Below are positions 32,201 to 47,200 of a DNA stretch of 64,000 nucleotides, piece by piece. A program made the position numbers and the translations under genes. The stretch covers positions 1-64,000 of the forward strand of contig JAUVXW010000011.1 in assembly GCA_030603385.1 (NCBI GenBank), in the 5' to 3' direction. This DNA comes from Promethearchaeota archaeon. Its GTDB lineage: Archaea > Asgardarchaeota > Lokiarchaeia > Sigyniarchaeales > SOKP01. The notes beneath the pieces were generated by a model, which saw nothing but the letters and a program-made list of their open reading frames with translations, did not search any database and was not told where the DNA came from. Position 1 is the stretch's first letter. Each line of letters starts with the position of its first letter.

Positions 32201-35200
32201 CAACCCATATTGAACCAATAAGATGTGGGTAATTGGACTCAAATGGCATTTCTACTTCGTTATCATATGCAGTACCCCACGCAGATATAAAAGGATTAAT
32301 AAGATCGATTTGAGTGTTCTTTTCCCCAAATTTTATCCAATTAGGCGGACGAATTTCTAAGGGAACGATAACTACAGGAGATTTCTTATAATATTCAGAT
32401 TCTGCCACATAAACTTTTATTGTAGAAATACCAGGTCCTAAAGCTGTAAGTAGAATTTCTAGTTGATCATAATCATTAGTAATTTCAATAAAGCCACTAT
32501 CATATCCTTCTTGAATCTCCATATACTTAGTCTCGACTAAAGTACCTGAAGGTGTATAAAATTCAATAATGGCATGATATCTATAATCATCAGATAAAAT
32601 ATCGCCAGATTGAGCTTCCAGTTCTGAGCTTGAATAAACCTTTATAAGAGATTCAAGGGTGGTCGACGTTGTTGATGGAATAGGATCTGCCTCATTTACG
32701 TATAGATGAAGTGTTAAGGGATCATAATCGTCTCCAAGGTCAGAATCAGGTAAATTATAGGATAAGTAATCATGTACTCCTAATATGATATCTCCTTTAT
32801 GAAGCCTAATTAAACCTTCTACATATGTACTATCTTGAATAGCTAAATCATCGAAATTATAGTTGGGAAGCTTAGTACTACCATCAAACACATTCTCATC
32901 TGTGGAGCAGAGATATTGATCGGGAGTATCTATGGCAAAATCATCCCAATCAAAGTAAGTACTAAAAGCTCTTATATATAATATCATATCTTCAATGGAG
33001 TTAATTCCCTCCAAATTTCCAAATATATCGACAAAATCCTCAAGATAATCGCTGTTGAAAGACATATCGAAGTCTACCTCTCCAAACTCATCGGTTCTTC
33101 CAAAGATAAACATGTAAGGTCCGTATGCACTATAACCCGTGCTATAATTATTGAGTTCATAAAGAAGAGGTCTGCCGAACATTTTACTTGGACCTTCACC
33201 GGGACCGCGTGATGTGATTTCTTCTGTTCCTAGTGATTCGAAATATGGAGATATTCCTAGATCATCTATAACGGTTCTTGTGTTCAAGAACTCTGTCTTG
33301 CTCTTTGGCATAAATCCAATATGAAGCCATACTATCGAATTGTTTATCGGCTTATCTTTAAAATCAGTCAATTTAAAGGTGAACGTATAATTTTCTCTTA
33401 CGAGAGCATCGATAGAGACTTTAGTGTATTCTTCTCCATTTTCTAATGCTTCAGCGGGGTTGTAATTAAAGACATATTCACGTTCTTCGTAAAATCTCTG
33501 ATTAATAAGGATATTCTGAGAAGGATCCTCGATCATTTCAAGTTTGACTTTTTTAGGAATTGTTATAACAGTAAATGGTTTTGCCCATGCATTACTTTCT
33601 TTATATGGATAAATCTTGCCAAAATCAGAGCCATTATAATCAATATCCATTAGTTGGCCTGCAGATTTGTTAAAGATGTTGGAAGGTAAATATTTAAGAC
33701 ACATATGAACTAACTTCTTTCCTCCACCTAACGGAATAGAAAGGGTTCCATCTTCTCTTAGAGGTTGGTCGTATTCAAAAAGACCAATGCTATCAATTGG
33801 TACCGTATCAATTGGAATATCGTTGCCTTCAGAGTCTTGCAATGTTAAGAGTAAATTCTGAGAAAGATCAATTTTTCTTGCTAAGGAAGTGTGATAATTA
33901 ATTTCAAACCTATCATAAAGGGAGAAGTTCCCACTTTTTAAGATGGTATTATATAAATCTTTAAAGTAGATTCTATATCCGTCTGCTGAAATAATATAAT
34001 CAGTTCCTAGCTCAAAGTTATACTTAAATCCTGTACTATTTTCTACTTGAATATAATTAACCGAAGACACAAGACTATTAATTGAATGAATAATAGGGGT
34101 AGGGTTCACACTATAATATATAACCCTAAACACATCTCCAGAAGAGTATGGAAGGTCTGCTATGCTTAATTCTCCATTTACATTAATTGACCAATCATAT
34201 TGACTATCATCTAATAACTCAAATATATCAGAATTGCTCCAGTTCACATAAATACCTTCAAAAGCGATGACACCGGTCTGAATGAGCTGTCCATCATAAT
34301 ATTCTGCCCCTTGTAAGACTGCTCCGGTACTTTCCACATCTTCATAAAGTAATTTCTTATCTATTGAAAACTCCTCAATAAAATCATCTTCTGTTACCCA
34401 ACTACGATTTAACATATCATATCGAGCAAATGGAATCTCGACTAGATAATCTCTATTATCATTTCCGTATGAATCTAGCGAACTGAAAGATATTGGAGCA
34501 ATTGGTCTTCCGTTAAGTACCTTATATGAGATTAATAATTCGGTATCGTAATTGATGAAAGCCTGTGATTGTGAATCCCAATAGATATTCAAGAGAAACG
34601 CATTATCTATGTAGCTAATGTATGGATCTTTATTGAAATCTAAAATTGTCTTATTTTTGAAATATTTTCCATTTAAGGTGCTATAAAGAGGTAAAATCTC
34701 TAAAGTGTCATTGTCATTATCGATATTGCTCACATAATAAATTGCAAATTCTTCTTTATCAATAAAAGTATCATCATTAAACGGAGATTCAAAATCAAGA
34801 TGATGTACAGTCGTTCCGTCAAGTGCTTCTTGGTACCGATATGTGTATACTCTATCTTCAACAATATATTCGTCATTATCAAGTACAGCTCCTTTAAGCA
34901 TCAATGAGTCGCCATATTCTAACTCATAAGTAGTTTCCTGGAGGTAAATCGGACCACTTGCAAAAAGAGATTCTTGGGTAACATTTATCTTACATCTAAT
35001 ATCATTCAAGGGATCTATTTGCCCGTCCCCTTCATTATATAACCACTTTACTTGATCTTCTGTTAATGCACTATCATACATTCTTACGCCATCAATTTTG
35101 CCTTGGTAATCGTACGCATAACCTTGACCTATGTAAGCCGAAAGACTACTCGTGGTTGCAGCAGAATATAACGCATCGACTTCATTTGTTAACTCTCCAT

Positions 35201-38200
35201 CGATGTACCAATATAATCTCATATTTTCTAAATTTCTTACCACGCAAATAAAAGACCAATCATTTAATGGGATTGTTTGACTGGAACCAAATCCTTGATA
35301 TGGTTGAGCATTGACTCCCGCAGTTCCGTAGTAATAAGAGAGAGTGCCTGACATCTCTTGTGTAATAGTACCTTCTCCCCCGTACGCTTTTGCATAAGGA
35401 TTCCGCCTTTGTGAAAAGTCTTCTGGATATAACCACATACAAATAGTCTGGCTTCCAGTGATCTGCAACTCTTCAGGATTTCCAAGATTATAATAATCTC
35501 CGCTTCCATCGAATCGCACAGCTTTTCCTACCTTTCCATCAACTAATTGTGGATTACCAGATACAATTCCATGATTCCTATTCACCACATCATAGGCTTT
35601 TCCTTCATCTCCTAAATTCCACATTCCAACTTCCTTAAAATCACCAAAATGAATATTATGGATTGGAGTACCAAAAGAACCAAAGGTAATATCAAAGTCA
35701 CCTAACAGTTTCGGAACTTCAAATCGAGAATAATAATATTTTGAGTAATAACCAGACAAAGAGTCTTTATCATGTTTTGTAATCCATGAAGCAACGTCAA
35801 ATGAGAGTATTTCTCCTGAACTGGCATTGATTAAATTTACGGGTATTTTAATTAGATCATTTAAGATAACTGGACTTAAACTATCATTCCATCTGTAGTT
35901 TAATTCGATAAAGTCAGAATATTCAACTTCGGCATAGGGATATCTATTATCGCCAATATCATAGTTCAAGTCATGAGAAAAACCAATGGCATCAAAATAA
36001 ATCTTATATCCGGAGTTATAATCCCTCGTGTATAGCCGAATTCTATCAATACCCTCTGTAGAAGGATTAAGATAAGCGATGTCACTCACTTCTAATATGC
36101 CATTCACATATACATCGTAAGTATTCGCTGTGTCATCAAAGTCTATTCGTATATGATATAAAGTGTCCTGATTAAAACTAGAAATGGTGATATCAGTGGA
36201 ACCATTATAATACCGAAAAGCAGGGCCCGTAAGCATTAAAAAAGCAAGATTAGTCCCATCATCATCAATGTATATGTAAGCGTTTCTATAAGTATAGTCT
36301 GGATTCCAGGAACTTCCTAACCAAAATTCGATTGTATTATCTAAGGAACTCGAAAATTGTTGAAAAATGTAAGTTCTTCCAGTATCACTTTGATCGTTCA
36401 TTTGTAATACGTCTTTATGCCCGTCTAGCTCTGAAATAATGGATACAGAACAATCTTCAGCAGCGTAATAAGTATCTACAAAGTCAATATCGGCTCCTGT
36501 CTCTCCAAGTTCATCCTCAAAACTATAGGTCGCATAATACTCTCCAGCAATCTCTGTCCCATCGTTATACATTTTCAAATTAGTGAATTCAATATCAAGT
36601 CTTGTAATATTAAAGGGTGCTTGAGCAAAGAGATCATAATAATCTGGTGATATGAACATAACCGTAGATTGGACATGACCGTTCTCATCTGGGGTGATAT
36701 CATCGCTTATTAGATTGTACAATGTGAAATCTAAGATCCCTACTCTTTGATAGGGTAAGTTTAATACGGAATATTCTCCAACTTCTTGTAGGAATGAGCC
36801 CGGCCATAGTTCTGAATCTGAGATGGTTATTGTTATTGATTCTAATAAAGATAAGTCAAATGGGGTTCCTGGATTTGAAAATGCCAATTCGTTTAAGTCA
36901 ATATATAAAGGTATTGACATCATCTTGCCAAGACCGAAAATCTCAATTTCATATTGATCTCTTATGCTTTCTAAGAAATATTTGCGTAGATCAATATCCC
37001 AATATACTTTTGAAAATGTTTTTCCTGTAAAATCATGGAAGCTAACTGTAAGCTTTCCTATTGTGGTATGTTCATAATATATGGCAGGCATTGTAAAGTT
37101 AATGAAAAATCCGTCAGCATTGGATAATTGCAACTGATCATAGAAAGGTGAAGCGTCATAATTGAAATAAATTAGACTGTCCTTAACTTTAGATGGGTTA
37201 TTATATAGGTCATGTAAACGCGAACCTTCTGGGAATGTTACGACACCATTGTTATCAACAACGAAATCAATCATTAAGGCAAGGTATATGATTTCATTGT
37301 CTCCTGAAGATGTATTATAATAGAAAGCTTCTCTTATACGGGCGTAATTCTGTAGCATATATCCTCTGTCATAAATATGCTCAATCTCTAACGTGCAATT
37401 AGTATTATATGTTAACGGATTAGTTATTACAATATCTCCATCAACAAGCACATGTTTCACTACACCGAAGAAATCTGAATCTCTTACTTCCCAAGATACA
37501 TGGTTTATTGGATTTGTATTGGAATAAATATAATTAGAGGTTAAAGAATCAGAGTACGCTATGAGTGTCTCATAAGAATTCTCACTTCCAAATGAAAGTC
37601 TATAAAATCCATTTTCTAAATAGGCAGTACCGTATTTAAAACCGTTAATATAGGCATCTAAATAATCCAAGTGATTGAACTGATTGTTGTCTGCAAATGA
37701 TATCTCGCGATCAATTGTATCTAAAGAATTTAGATCAATACTATCATTTGTTAATGATATAAATTTTTCTCTGGAAAAAATAATGTGTTGATAATTATCG
37801 TTATAGGTTGAGTTTATGCATTCGTTTCCGGCAAAATCTATAACCTTATATTCAATCGTAAAGTTTTCAGGGAGATCGCCTAAATCATCAAGTATCGAAA
37901 TATCACTTGAGTCAAATTTAACCCACTCTGAAACTGATCCCATAGTATTGTCGATAATTCTATAATATTCTTGGATTTGTTTTAAACTCGTAGTACAGCT
38001 TAAAGTCACATAATTTACAGTTAATTCTGAACTATTACCTATTAGTACATATTCGACTGCAAAATCTTGGAAGGTGTTTAACTTATTATCCCTCATATAT
38101 TGAGTGATATTAAAGCTATAGACATCGGTTTCGGCGGAATTTAACGCATATAGTAAGGCGGTATCATGCCATACTCCATCGGCTTTTATTTTAAATATTA

Positions 38201-41200
38201 TCTCTAATTTGTTAGCTCTTCCATAAGTATTGTAATATGTTAGTTCATCGAGAGTTGGGTTAAATGAATATGAGGTATATAGTAAATAATCCATATTAAG
38301 AAAATTCCTTAAATTGAGCAACTCATCTTCTTCTGGGAAATCAATTTCGAAATCTTGTTGGAGCAGAATCTGATCGCTGGAGTCTAGACATTTAAAGGTA
38401 TAAGTATACTTCATATTATCTAATTCAAGTAAGCCATTTGAAATATTGAACATAAGATCAAAACCGTTCTTAGACGTGGAGTCAAATTCAATCGTATCTG
38501 AAAATATATGCCACGAGCCATCCTTAGTCAATGTATAATCGTTCCCGTCAATAGTGAACTGAGCAAAATCGTCTAAGAGTGAGTTGTCTTTGGTGAAGCG
38601 ATAATTAAATTCAACTGAAATATTATAGAGTTTTTTATAATTAGAAAATCCAGAATCATAACGGTTTAGAAAGGTCTCACTTATAGTTTTACTAATGTCT
38701 GCATAAAGATCTCCTGTAGGGGACCAAGAAAAATAATCGATCTTAAATTGATCCAAATAGAAATCAAATTGATTTAGTATTGAAGAACCTTCAAACTTAA
38801 ATTGTAAATTATAACTTGCATCATAATAATCGCTTGTGATATCATAAGTATGTTGACTAAAAGAGCTATATACTGTATCATCAATTACAGTATTCCAATT
38901 TGATTGGGCGTGGTTGTAAATACTTAGTGTTACAGGAACACTCTCAGCATTTTTATAGGAATATTTTAATTGAGCTACTACACTATCGCCAGACTCAACA
39001 CCGGTAAGTTCGGCGTTAACAGTAAAGCTAAGTTCTCCATATGGCACCGATTCCTTAGCACCTTTGGTATAAGAATTAGATGGATTGACTTGATTTTGAT
39101 AATTGGACCATAACCAACTATCACTTCGTGCGACTTTTGAAATGCGAACTTCATCCATATATCCACTAAAATACTGATGAGAATAATACCTGTCTCCAAC
39201 TCTTAGTTCGTAGCTTGAAGAAACGTCTACATTATCAACACCTGTATCTGTACCCGAAATAGCTTCAGATACCTTCACTTTTAGATTATCACCACTACGA
39301 CGACCATAAACATGATACCACACATCATTATCAAAAGTTCCGGTAGCATAGGCTACATAGCTACCACTATCTCGTAAAATTAGCCTTATATCGTGATTTG
39401 CATTTTTATCTAATGACCACCCCAAATTAGCACTGCTACTGGTCTTTGAAACCAAGGCCTCGAAAGCGGTCTTTGATGTCTTAAACCAACAACTTACCGT
39501 AAAATCTCCTGTTCCAAAATCAAAATCAGAGTCGTCGGCACGATATAGATAATCATTAGTTCCGTCAAAATATACTCCATCACTATCTCTGCCGAGAAAG
39601 CCTGTTACATCAAGATTAGGTCCTACTACAGTTAGGTCGTTATCAAAATCAGAAGAATCATCAATAGTAGCCCCGGAACTCTCTTCAAAATGCTCAACTA
39701 ATACATAATTTGAATCCCAGACACCTTCTATATTTTGCTGATTGCCACACGTTGGATTTCCGTAATATATATAAATCGTAGTTCCTGTGCTCGGCAATGT
39801 AGGAATTCTAATCCATGCACGTATATGACCACTGCCACCACCGGCATAGTGTTCCATTTCATGATCCAGTTTCGTAATTCCGTTGCTGGCTGTAAATAAA
39901 ATGTCATCGCCATCAAATTGAGCATAAATAGTAATTCCCGTATCCCACACGCTGAAGTAAAATGGAAAGTTGGTAAAAGTACTCGAGATCCAGTCACTCT
40001 TTAATGTGATTGCCTTTCTGTAAGCCCAACCTGAGTTATACCATGAGGGTACACTCGTGGATCTAAAAGTTGAGTAAGTATCTCCATAGTCTGCCAAGTT
40101 TCCTTGAGACTGAAGTGTGCCTTTGGAGAAGCTAAAGTCTGCGGGTTGCTCAGGGACGTCATAATTAGCGCCTAATATCTCTGAATTTAAATCCCCGTCA
40201 TTAAAAGTGGAATAGGTATCATCTGAATTATAATTTAAGCTCCATCCACCCCATGCTTCGGAACTTGATGTTGTTGGGAATAATGATTGCATATAGAGAG
40301 CGTCCATATTCCAGATACTGCTATAATCGTCAGGAGAAGGGGTGTAACTCATATACTGTGAATCGTAAGATGTAAATGGGTCCTCGTACGAATAAGGTTG
40401 AGAAATGGAGCTTTCTTCTTGTTCGCCTGAATTAAAATCAATAGAAGTTTCTGGACCGGCTACTTGATCATTTTGATAATTCTCAGTGCCGTTCTCAAGT
40501 GTGATCTCTGGAGTGGGATCATCAAAATCGGCAATTAGAATGTATTTATATTGACCGTTATTTCCGAGTATATCAGTGATATTGAACATAATTTTTATTC
40601 CTTCACCTGAACTTGCCCCAGTATCCCCTGCTGCATTAGTCCAAATAAAATCAAACTTACATCTATTGTCTTCATCTTGTGTCATATCTCCTTTCTTCTG
40701 ATAATCATTCCCATCGTGGTAGTAAACTTCAATTAATTTCACATCTGAATCAGATATGAAAGTTAAGCGTGTTGTATTAGTAATATAATCAGTAGGAGAT
40801 GTGATGAATCCATAAGGGATCAGAAACTTTAGAATTGCGTCTGTATATTCGCGATCAATTACAATGTTTTTAGAACCTTCAGTAAAGTTATAAAGTAACT
40901 CTTGTCTTACCATTAGTCTTTGTTTTGTGGCAGAGTTTCTCAAGAAGCCACCTAAAATACCTATATCTGTTTCTTCATCATTCTCTAAGACTTCAATGCT
41001 GCCATCGGTTTCATAATAATTCGGAGCGAAAATCTCAGCAAGATCATATGCAATATTTACTTTTTGGGCCGAAATTCGAGTGGTCTCATAGGAAGTATAG
41101 GCTGCTGTAAGGTCGTATTTGAATAAGTTTAATGTAGACAAGACTTCAAGCTTGGAGTTGCTACCCAAATTCATCTCAAGAATACAATTCCAATCATATT

Positions 41201-44200
41201 CTAATTTTGCCCTGATGAAATATTTTTCATTTTCAATGTCATGATATATGAACCGATCAATTTGTTCACGAGAAAGGGTAATTTCATCGTTTTCTAAAGA
41301 AAATTCTTCAAAATCTAAATATTCATTTCTGATATAAACATTATAATTCTCTTCAAGAAGCATATATTGGGAGAATATAAAAGAATCATCAAATTCAAGC
41401 TCGCCAAAATAATCTAAACTGAGTGTAATTTCTTCTAAATAAATATCGGAATCGGTATAATATTCAGTAAGGTCAACATCAAATATAACTTCAGGAGTTA
41501 CTTTTGCCTCTGTCTTAGGAGTATCATAATACATATTTGCCGCAATTGATGTAATTGAAAATCCTGCCTTAGATAAAAAGCTCTCATCGTTATCACCTTC
41601 TATTGTGAAGATAGCTTTTATCTCAAAATCTCCGGTTTCGGTTTCATTAAAGTAATTCTCGAACATAAGGAAATTTCTATCTACAATATAAGAAAATGTA
41701 TTCGTGCCCGTATAATCATCATAGCACACAAAGCTACTCTCATCCCATCTATTTTCTCTATAATTATAAAGATAAATTTTTAATAACGAGGAGCTCTTAG
41801 TCTCGTCACTAAACACTAGCCTTCCAGAATTGAGGTCGATATTTTCAAATTGAAATCCAGGTATTTCGGAATATTGAATAATTAGTTCCATAAATTTAGT
41901 AATGTTCTTGACATAATCATATTGAAACGTTAAAGTTACAGGACTTAACGATGATATCATACCCTCATGCCATTCGAACGCATAATATATAATATTTGCA
42001 ATAAGATATCCATTATAGCCTTTATATGGACCAATTAGCGTTATTACTTTCTGATCCTGATCAAAAGAATAATCAATGTGTTCTCGCAAGATTTCAGCTC
42101 CCGCATAAAGGCTATAAATCTCAAAATTATACTTGTATTCTAAATCACTTGACTCAAATATGTAGCTTGTTATATCTACTTGAGTTAAAATGATACCATT
42201 CTGGGCAATTGTGAAATAAGGGCCTTCAATCGATTCTTCATTATAAAGATATACAGAATCTTGGGATTCCATTTCAATATTCGCATATAGAAGTTCATGA
42301 GCGAACATCCCTTTGAAGAGATTACCGTCTACCGAACACTCGCTAATCATAACTTCTAGTGTGATATATAAATCGGAAGAAGCATCTCGAGTGAATGTTT
42401 CTGCTAAAACTGCTTCTCCACCCTCTACATAATCAATCTCATCAAAGCTAAGTTCAAGTTCATAATAATGAAATCCTAAGTAATTTGTATCTAATACTTT
42501 TTCTAACGTTCCAATAGAACTTAGTTCATTCCTACCCATATCTAATTCATATAAGCTTACTTTGAGAACATAATCCCCGCATAATACTTGAGATAATTCG
42601 GAGTGTATGACGTCTTTAAAACCTGTATTAAATTCTAAATGAAGTGTACCACCAACAAAATCAGAAGGGTTGGGTAATATATTATTTCTAAGTAAAGTCT
42701 CGTCCTTTAAAGAAAATCTATATAAGCTAGTATCATCAACTTTTCCAAAATGTATTGTGCCTTTCACTATTGAATCTAGGTGAGTGGCATTTGTGAAATC
42801 TACAAACATACCATAGTCATTAGAACCAATAGTATACCATACGTTTACATCCGGATGAATATAGGTCCCATAATGAGTATTATTTACCCATAAATCACTT
42901 ACAAAGAAAGGTTTGGTGTAGTTAATGTCTCCTGAAACGAAACTTCCTGGTAAATACCAGTATCCATCACTTGAATTATAGGTCAGTATTAATTGTGGTA
43001 TATATTCAATCGAAACATTTGTAAATTGATACTTCATAGGAGAATTAAACGCAAGTTCATTGTCTTGAGTTGTCCAATAATAATAGATTGGATATTCATA
43101 TACTACAGAATCTTCAGAAAGAATCCCTTTTACTGCCAAAATCTCTCCTAAGTTATCTATCAAGCTTAGATTGGCTCTAAAATTTTCATCAAGCTCAAGA
43201 TTTGCCGTTAAAGAAGCTTCAGGATACATTACTTGCCGACTTTCTCCGATAAATACACAATCGATAACGTCAACAGTCTGAGAGATTTCAATGGGTATCT
43301 CGGGGTTCATTCTTTCATATACGAAATTATTAGAGTCAGGATCAATTGAGATGTTGCTTGGAATAATATAAGATAGGAAGGCTAATTTCATTACTCCGTC
43401 TTTAATAGTGTTGTTGTTAAGATTATTGATCGTGAATGGATTTTTCACATTAATATCGTTATCATTTAGAATTGGAATGATATTATTCGAAACTCTAAAA
43501 TCTTGTAAATAATCAATAAAGTTATCTGAAAAAGTTACGGGATCCCACACAGCACGGTTATAATCTTGGCTTTCTATCCGTATCATGCCTTTAAAATCTT
43601 CCCAATATCCTGAAGTGTAGTTATAATACAATAGCCGAGATCGAAGACTCCATGTTGAATCAGAAGCTCTGTTATCTAAATCAATATCAAGTTCTAAGGC
43701 AAGCTCTAAAATTCCTCTCTCATACATAGCAAGATCGATCTGTCCGAAATCCAATTGTATGGGAGTTAGAAGAGGTATCTGTATATCGTCTGAGGCACTG
43801 TGGCGGAACCTGCTTGTAGAATATTCTGTATAATTACCTAAAATAGCGGGAACATATTTAGTCTCATTGTTCCCTTCAATATTATTATTTTCTAATGGCT
43901 TATTGGTATCTGGGTACACCTTAAAGTCAAGCTCAAGATCCGAAAGCTCAAGATCTGCCCAAATTATATCATTTTCACGACCAAAAATTGGAGTCTGGAT
44001 GGAATTTTTAAGTGTAAAATGAATACTATTTTTACCAAAATACGGATCATCATACAGTCCTGAATCAATTGGAGCTGGATTTTGCTGCTTATGAGACAAT
44101 GATGAAGTTACATTTATGATTTTATCGTTTTTTAATGTGATATTTACTGGTTGATTTAACCATTCTAAGTACAGATAATCTATTAATAATCTTCTGTCAT

Positions 44201-47200
44201 AGGCTTCACCATCCAATCCTTGTGCATCAGCAACGACTAAAGCCATGAGTGAATCAATATTTGCGAAGAAACCACTAAATCCATTACTATCATCGTAGCT
44301 AAAAGTATGCTCTATATTATCGTTAACATAGAAGTAAGAAGTATAATAACCCCCCGTATATTCACTCCCGTCCCATGTATCAGTCCATCCATCGAAGTTG
44401 ACAATAAAATCATTTTGACCGTTCAAAAGACTGTCAAAATTGAAACCTACTTTTGCATTGTTTGGATCGTTTTGATAACCTTTCTCATCGACGTAAAGAT
44501 AATCCAAGGTAACTTGTAATGAAGGATTCCCAAGATTATAACACCATACTTGAGTTACAATTTTAAGATCAATCTTATATATATAAGTCGGGGGCATACC
44601 TGGGCCAACATAGAGATAATATGCTTGATCTAGATCTAATGTTAATTCAGTTAATTCTTCATAGGGGATTTCTGCTATTTCCTCATAAACCCCCGAAGAC
44701 CATCTTTTTGCGTAAATTTTACAGAATGTATTCTGCCAGACAAGGTAGCTGGTTCCCCTATCGGGTCTAAAACCCCAGTGAATTTTAGCTTCAACATCCA
44801 CATCTGCAGGATAATAAGGAAGGGGATAATTGGCTAAAGCAAAATGGTAATAATCAGAATATCTAACCCAGTCTTCATTGGTGTATACCACTTCGGCCCA
44901 ATACACTCTTTCTTTACCATCATCTTCTCTGGTACTCCATCCAGCCTCATCTTGAGGACCGCTAGTATAAGGTGGGTTGTTAACTTCCGCTTCAACAGTA
45001 TAAGAACTTGATTGATATGATCTTTGGGCCCAAGCAACCTTAAAATCACATGTGACCGAGTCGTTATCTCGAATATCTGGATTTAAGTCTCCTAAAGTTT
45101 TCACGGCATCTCCATAGAAATCAGTGACATAAGAATCAGATAAACCGGTAGCAGAATCTAAGATAAACCCCGTTTCGTCGTATATATAAGATTCTAAATT
45201 ATCATAAGAACCCACAGCAAATGTAGGGAGGAGTTCATACTCAAAAATATTTTCATGCTCCATCTCATCGTGAAAACTATAAATAATATCAACGTCTGCA
45301 GAAATTTGAGCAAATGTGTTTTCGGCATTTAAAAGTCTATCGTCCGCATCAAGTTCTAGCACGTCAGCATGACCATCAACGGCTTTATAACTTGCAATTA
45401 ATGATTTATATTTAGCAAAATCTTGCTCATTTCGAATTTGTGTGTAATATTGAGATTCGATAGATTTTACAATAATTCCCTTATCTGTATCGCCGTAATG
45501 TGACTCAATTTTTAATTTTGGCGCCGTGAACTCACTATCAGCTATATTTAGTAAGTCGGTAAAATCATTATACGTATTATTATAGAAGTATCCGTGCCAC
45601 TTCTGTTCATTAGGATTATAATAAAATGATATAACATTATCACCAAAATCGAGCAAGTCGTCGTAAATAGTTATATTAATGTTATCATTTACAAAAACAG
45701 AAACATAATCTGTCTCATTTTGACCAGTTCCTACTGGTTCAAAAACAAATGATGCTCGATACAAGTCATGTTCGACGCTCCAAGGTTTATAAGTAAAAAT
45801 ATTTAGACTGTCAATATGAACGACAAATTCCGAACTTGCAATTAAACCAATCTTAAAGGAAATTGTATAAAAATCACCATCGTCAAATTTGTAGAACTGG
45901 TCTTCAAGGATCGAAAATGAAAATGTGTCCACATTCCTTAGAATATAATCAATATCTTCATAAAGACTACTATTGAGATTTCTAACTTTAAAGGTGGCAC
46001 CTTCTAAAGAGGCAGAAGTGGCGAAACCTTTCAAGTTTATTCCCATCTTGTTCATATCTACAGTCTCAGACTTTGGTACACTAAATTCAAATTCAACAAA
46101 TACTTCCTGTATTGTGGATTTTAGATTAGATGATATATTGTAATATTGACCATCTTCAAAATGAGCGAACCAAGAGGATGTTAAGGGAGTACCCGTCTCG
46201 ATATAGGGCTTGTAGGATTCTTCTACATAATCATAAGGAGATAACTGAGTATCAATTATATTTGCTCCTTCAAGAACCGAAATCGAACTAACTGAGAGGT
46301 AATTTGTGTCATCTAGCGTCCCAGAGAACATTAACTGGTCAAACTGAATAGTCTCACTGGTCTCAAGTATTATAAATTGAGAACTAAAATCGTTATTTCC
46401 TTGAGGTACGATTGTAAATATTTGGACAACTTCTCCATCACAATATAATGTAAAGTTTATTTCATTGGAAGTCTTTGGCTTAAATTCAATTACTATTTGA
46501 TCATTAGGAGTAACGGAAATATTTTTTGAGTACACTTGGCTTTTGAGGCTTAGACTTTCTGATTCATCAGATTGCATATAAAGTAGACCTGGTTCTTGGT
46601 GTCTTTTTGCCAACTGGTATTTTACTTTCGGATTCCAGTAATCAACTCCATAATGCAAGGTTTCGGTATCTATTTTGAAATAGGATTTAGTAGATTTTAC
46701 AGCCCCTAAATCTAATGTAAATGTTTGACCATAAGCAGGTGAAAAGGAAAGTAAAGCATGTGTATAAGGTCTATGTTCCCAAGTAATCGTATCTGCATTA
46801 AATCCTTCGACAGAATATAGAAGAAGACTGGTCCCACCGTCCGTGATAGTTGCTTCAAGCTCCCAAATATCGTTGCTACCCAGTGCAAGATATTCAATTA
46901 AGTCGGGCGTTATGATAAATGCCTCAATTTCTTCGATCACGTCGTATGAGGTTAACCAATCAACATCTATTTGATGGATAAAAATTGAGCTTGACATAAC
47001 CCAAATATAATCGAGATTCGGATCATTATTTTCAACACGAGTCCAACCACTTAGAGAAATTTGGACCCCATCGGTTGATGCTATCAAATGTACTGGAGAA
47101 TCTGTATCTCCAAGATAGATTTGTATTTGCGTTAAAAAGCTTGAAGTTATGTCATAATATAAATCAAATGTTTTGGTAATAACCAGATTACTATATCTAG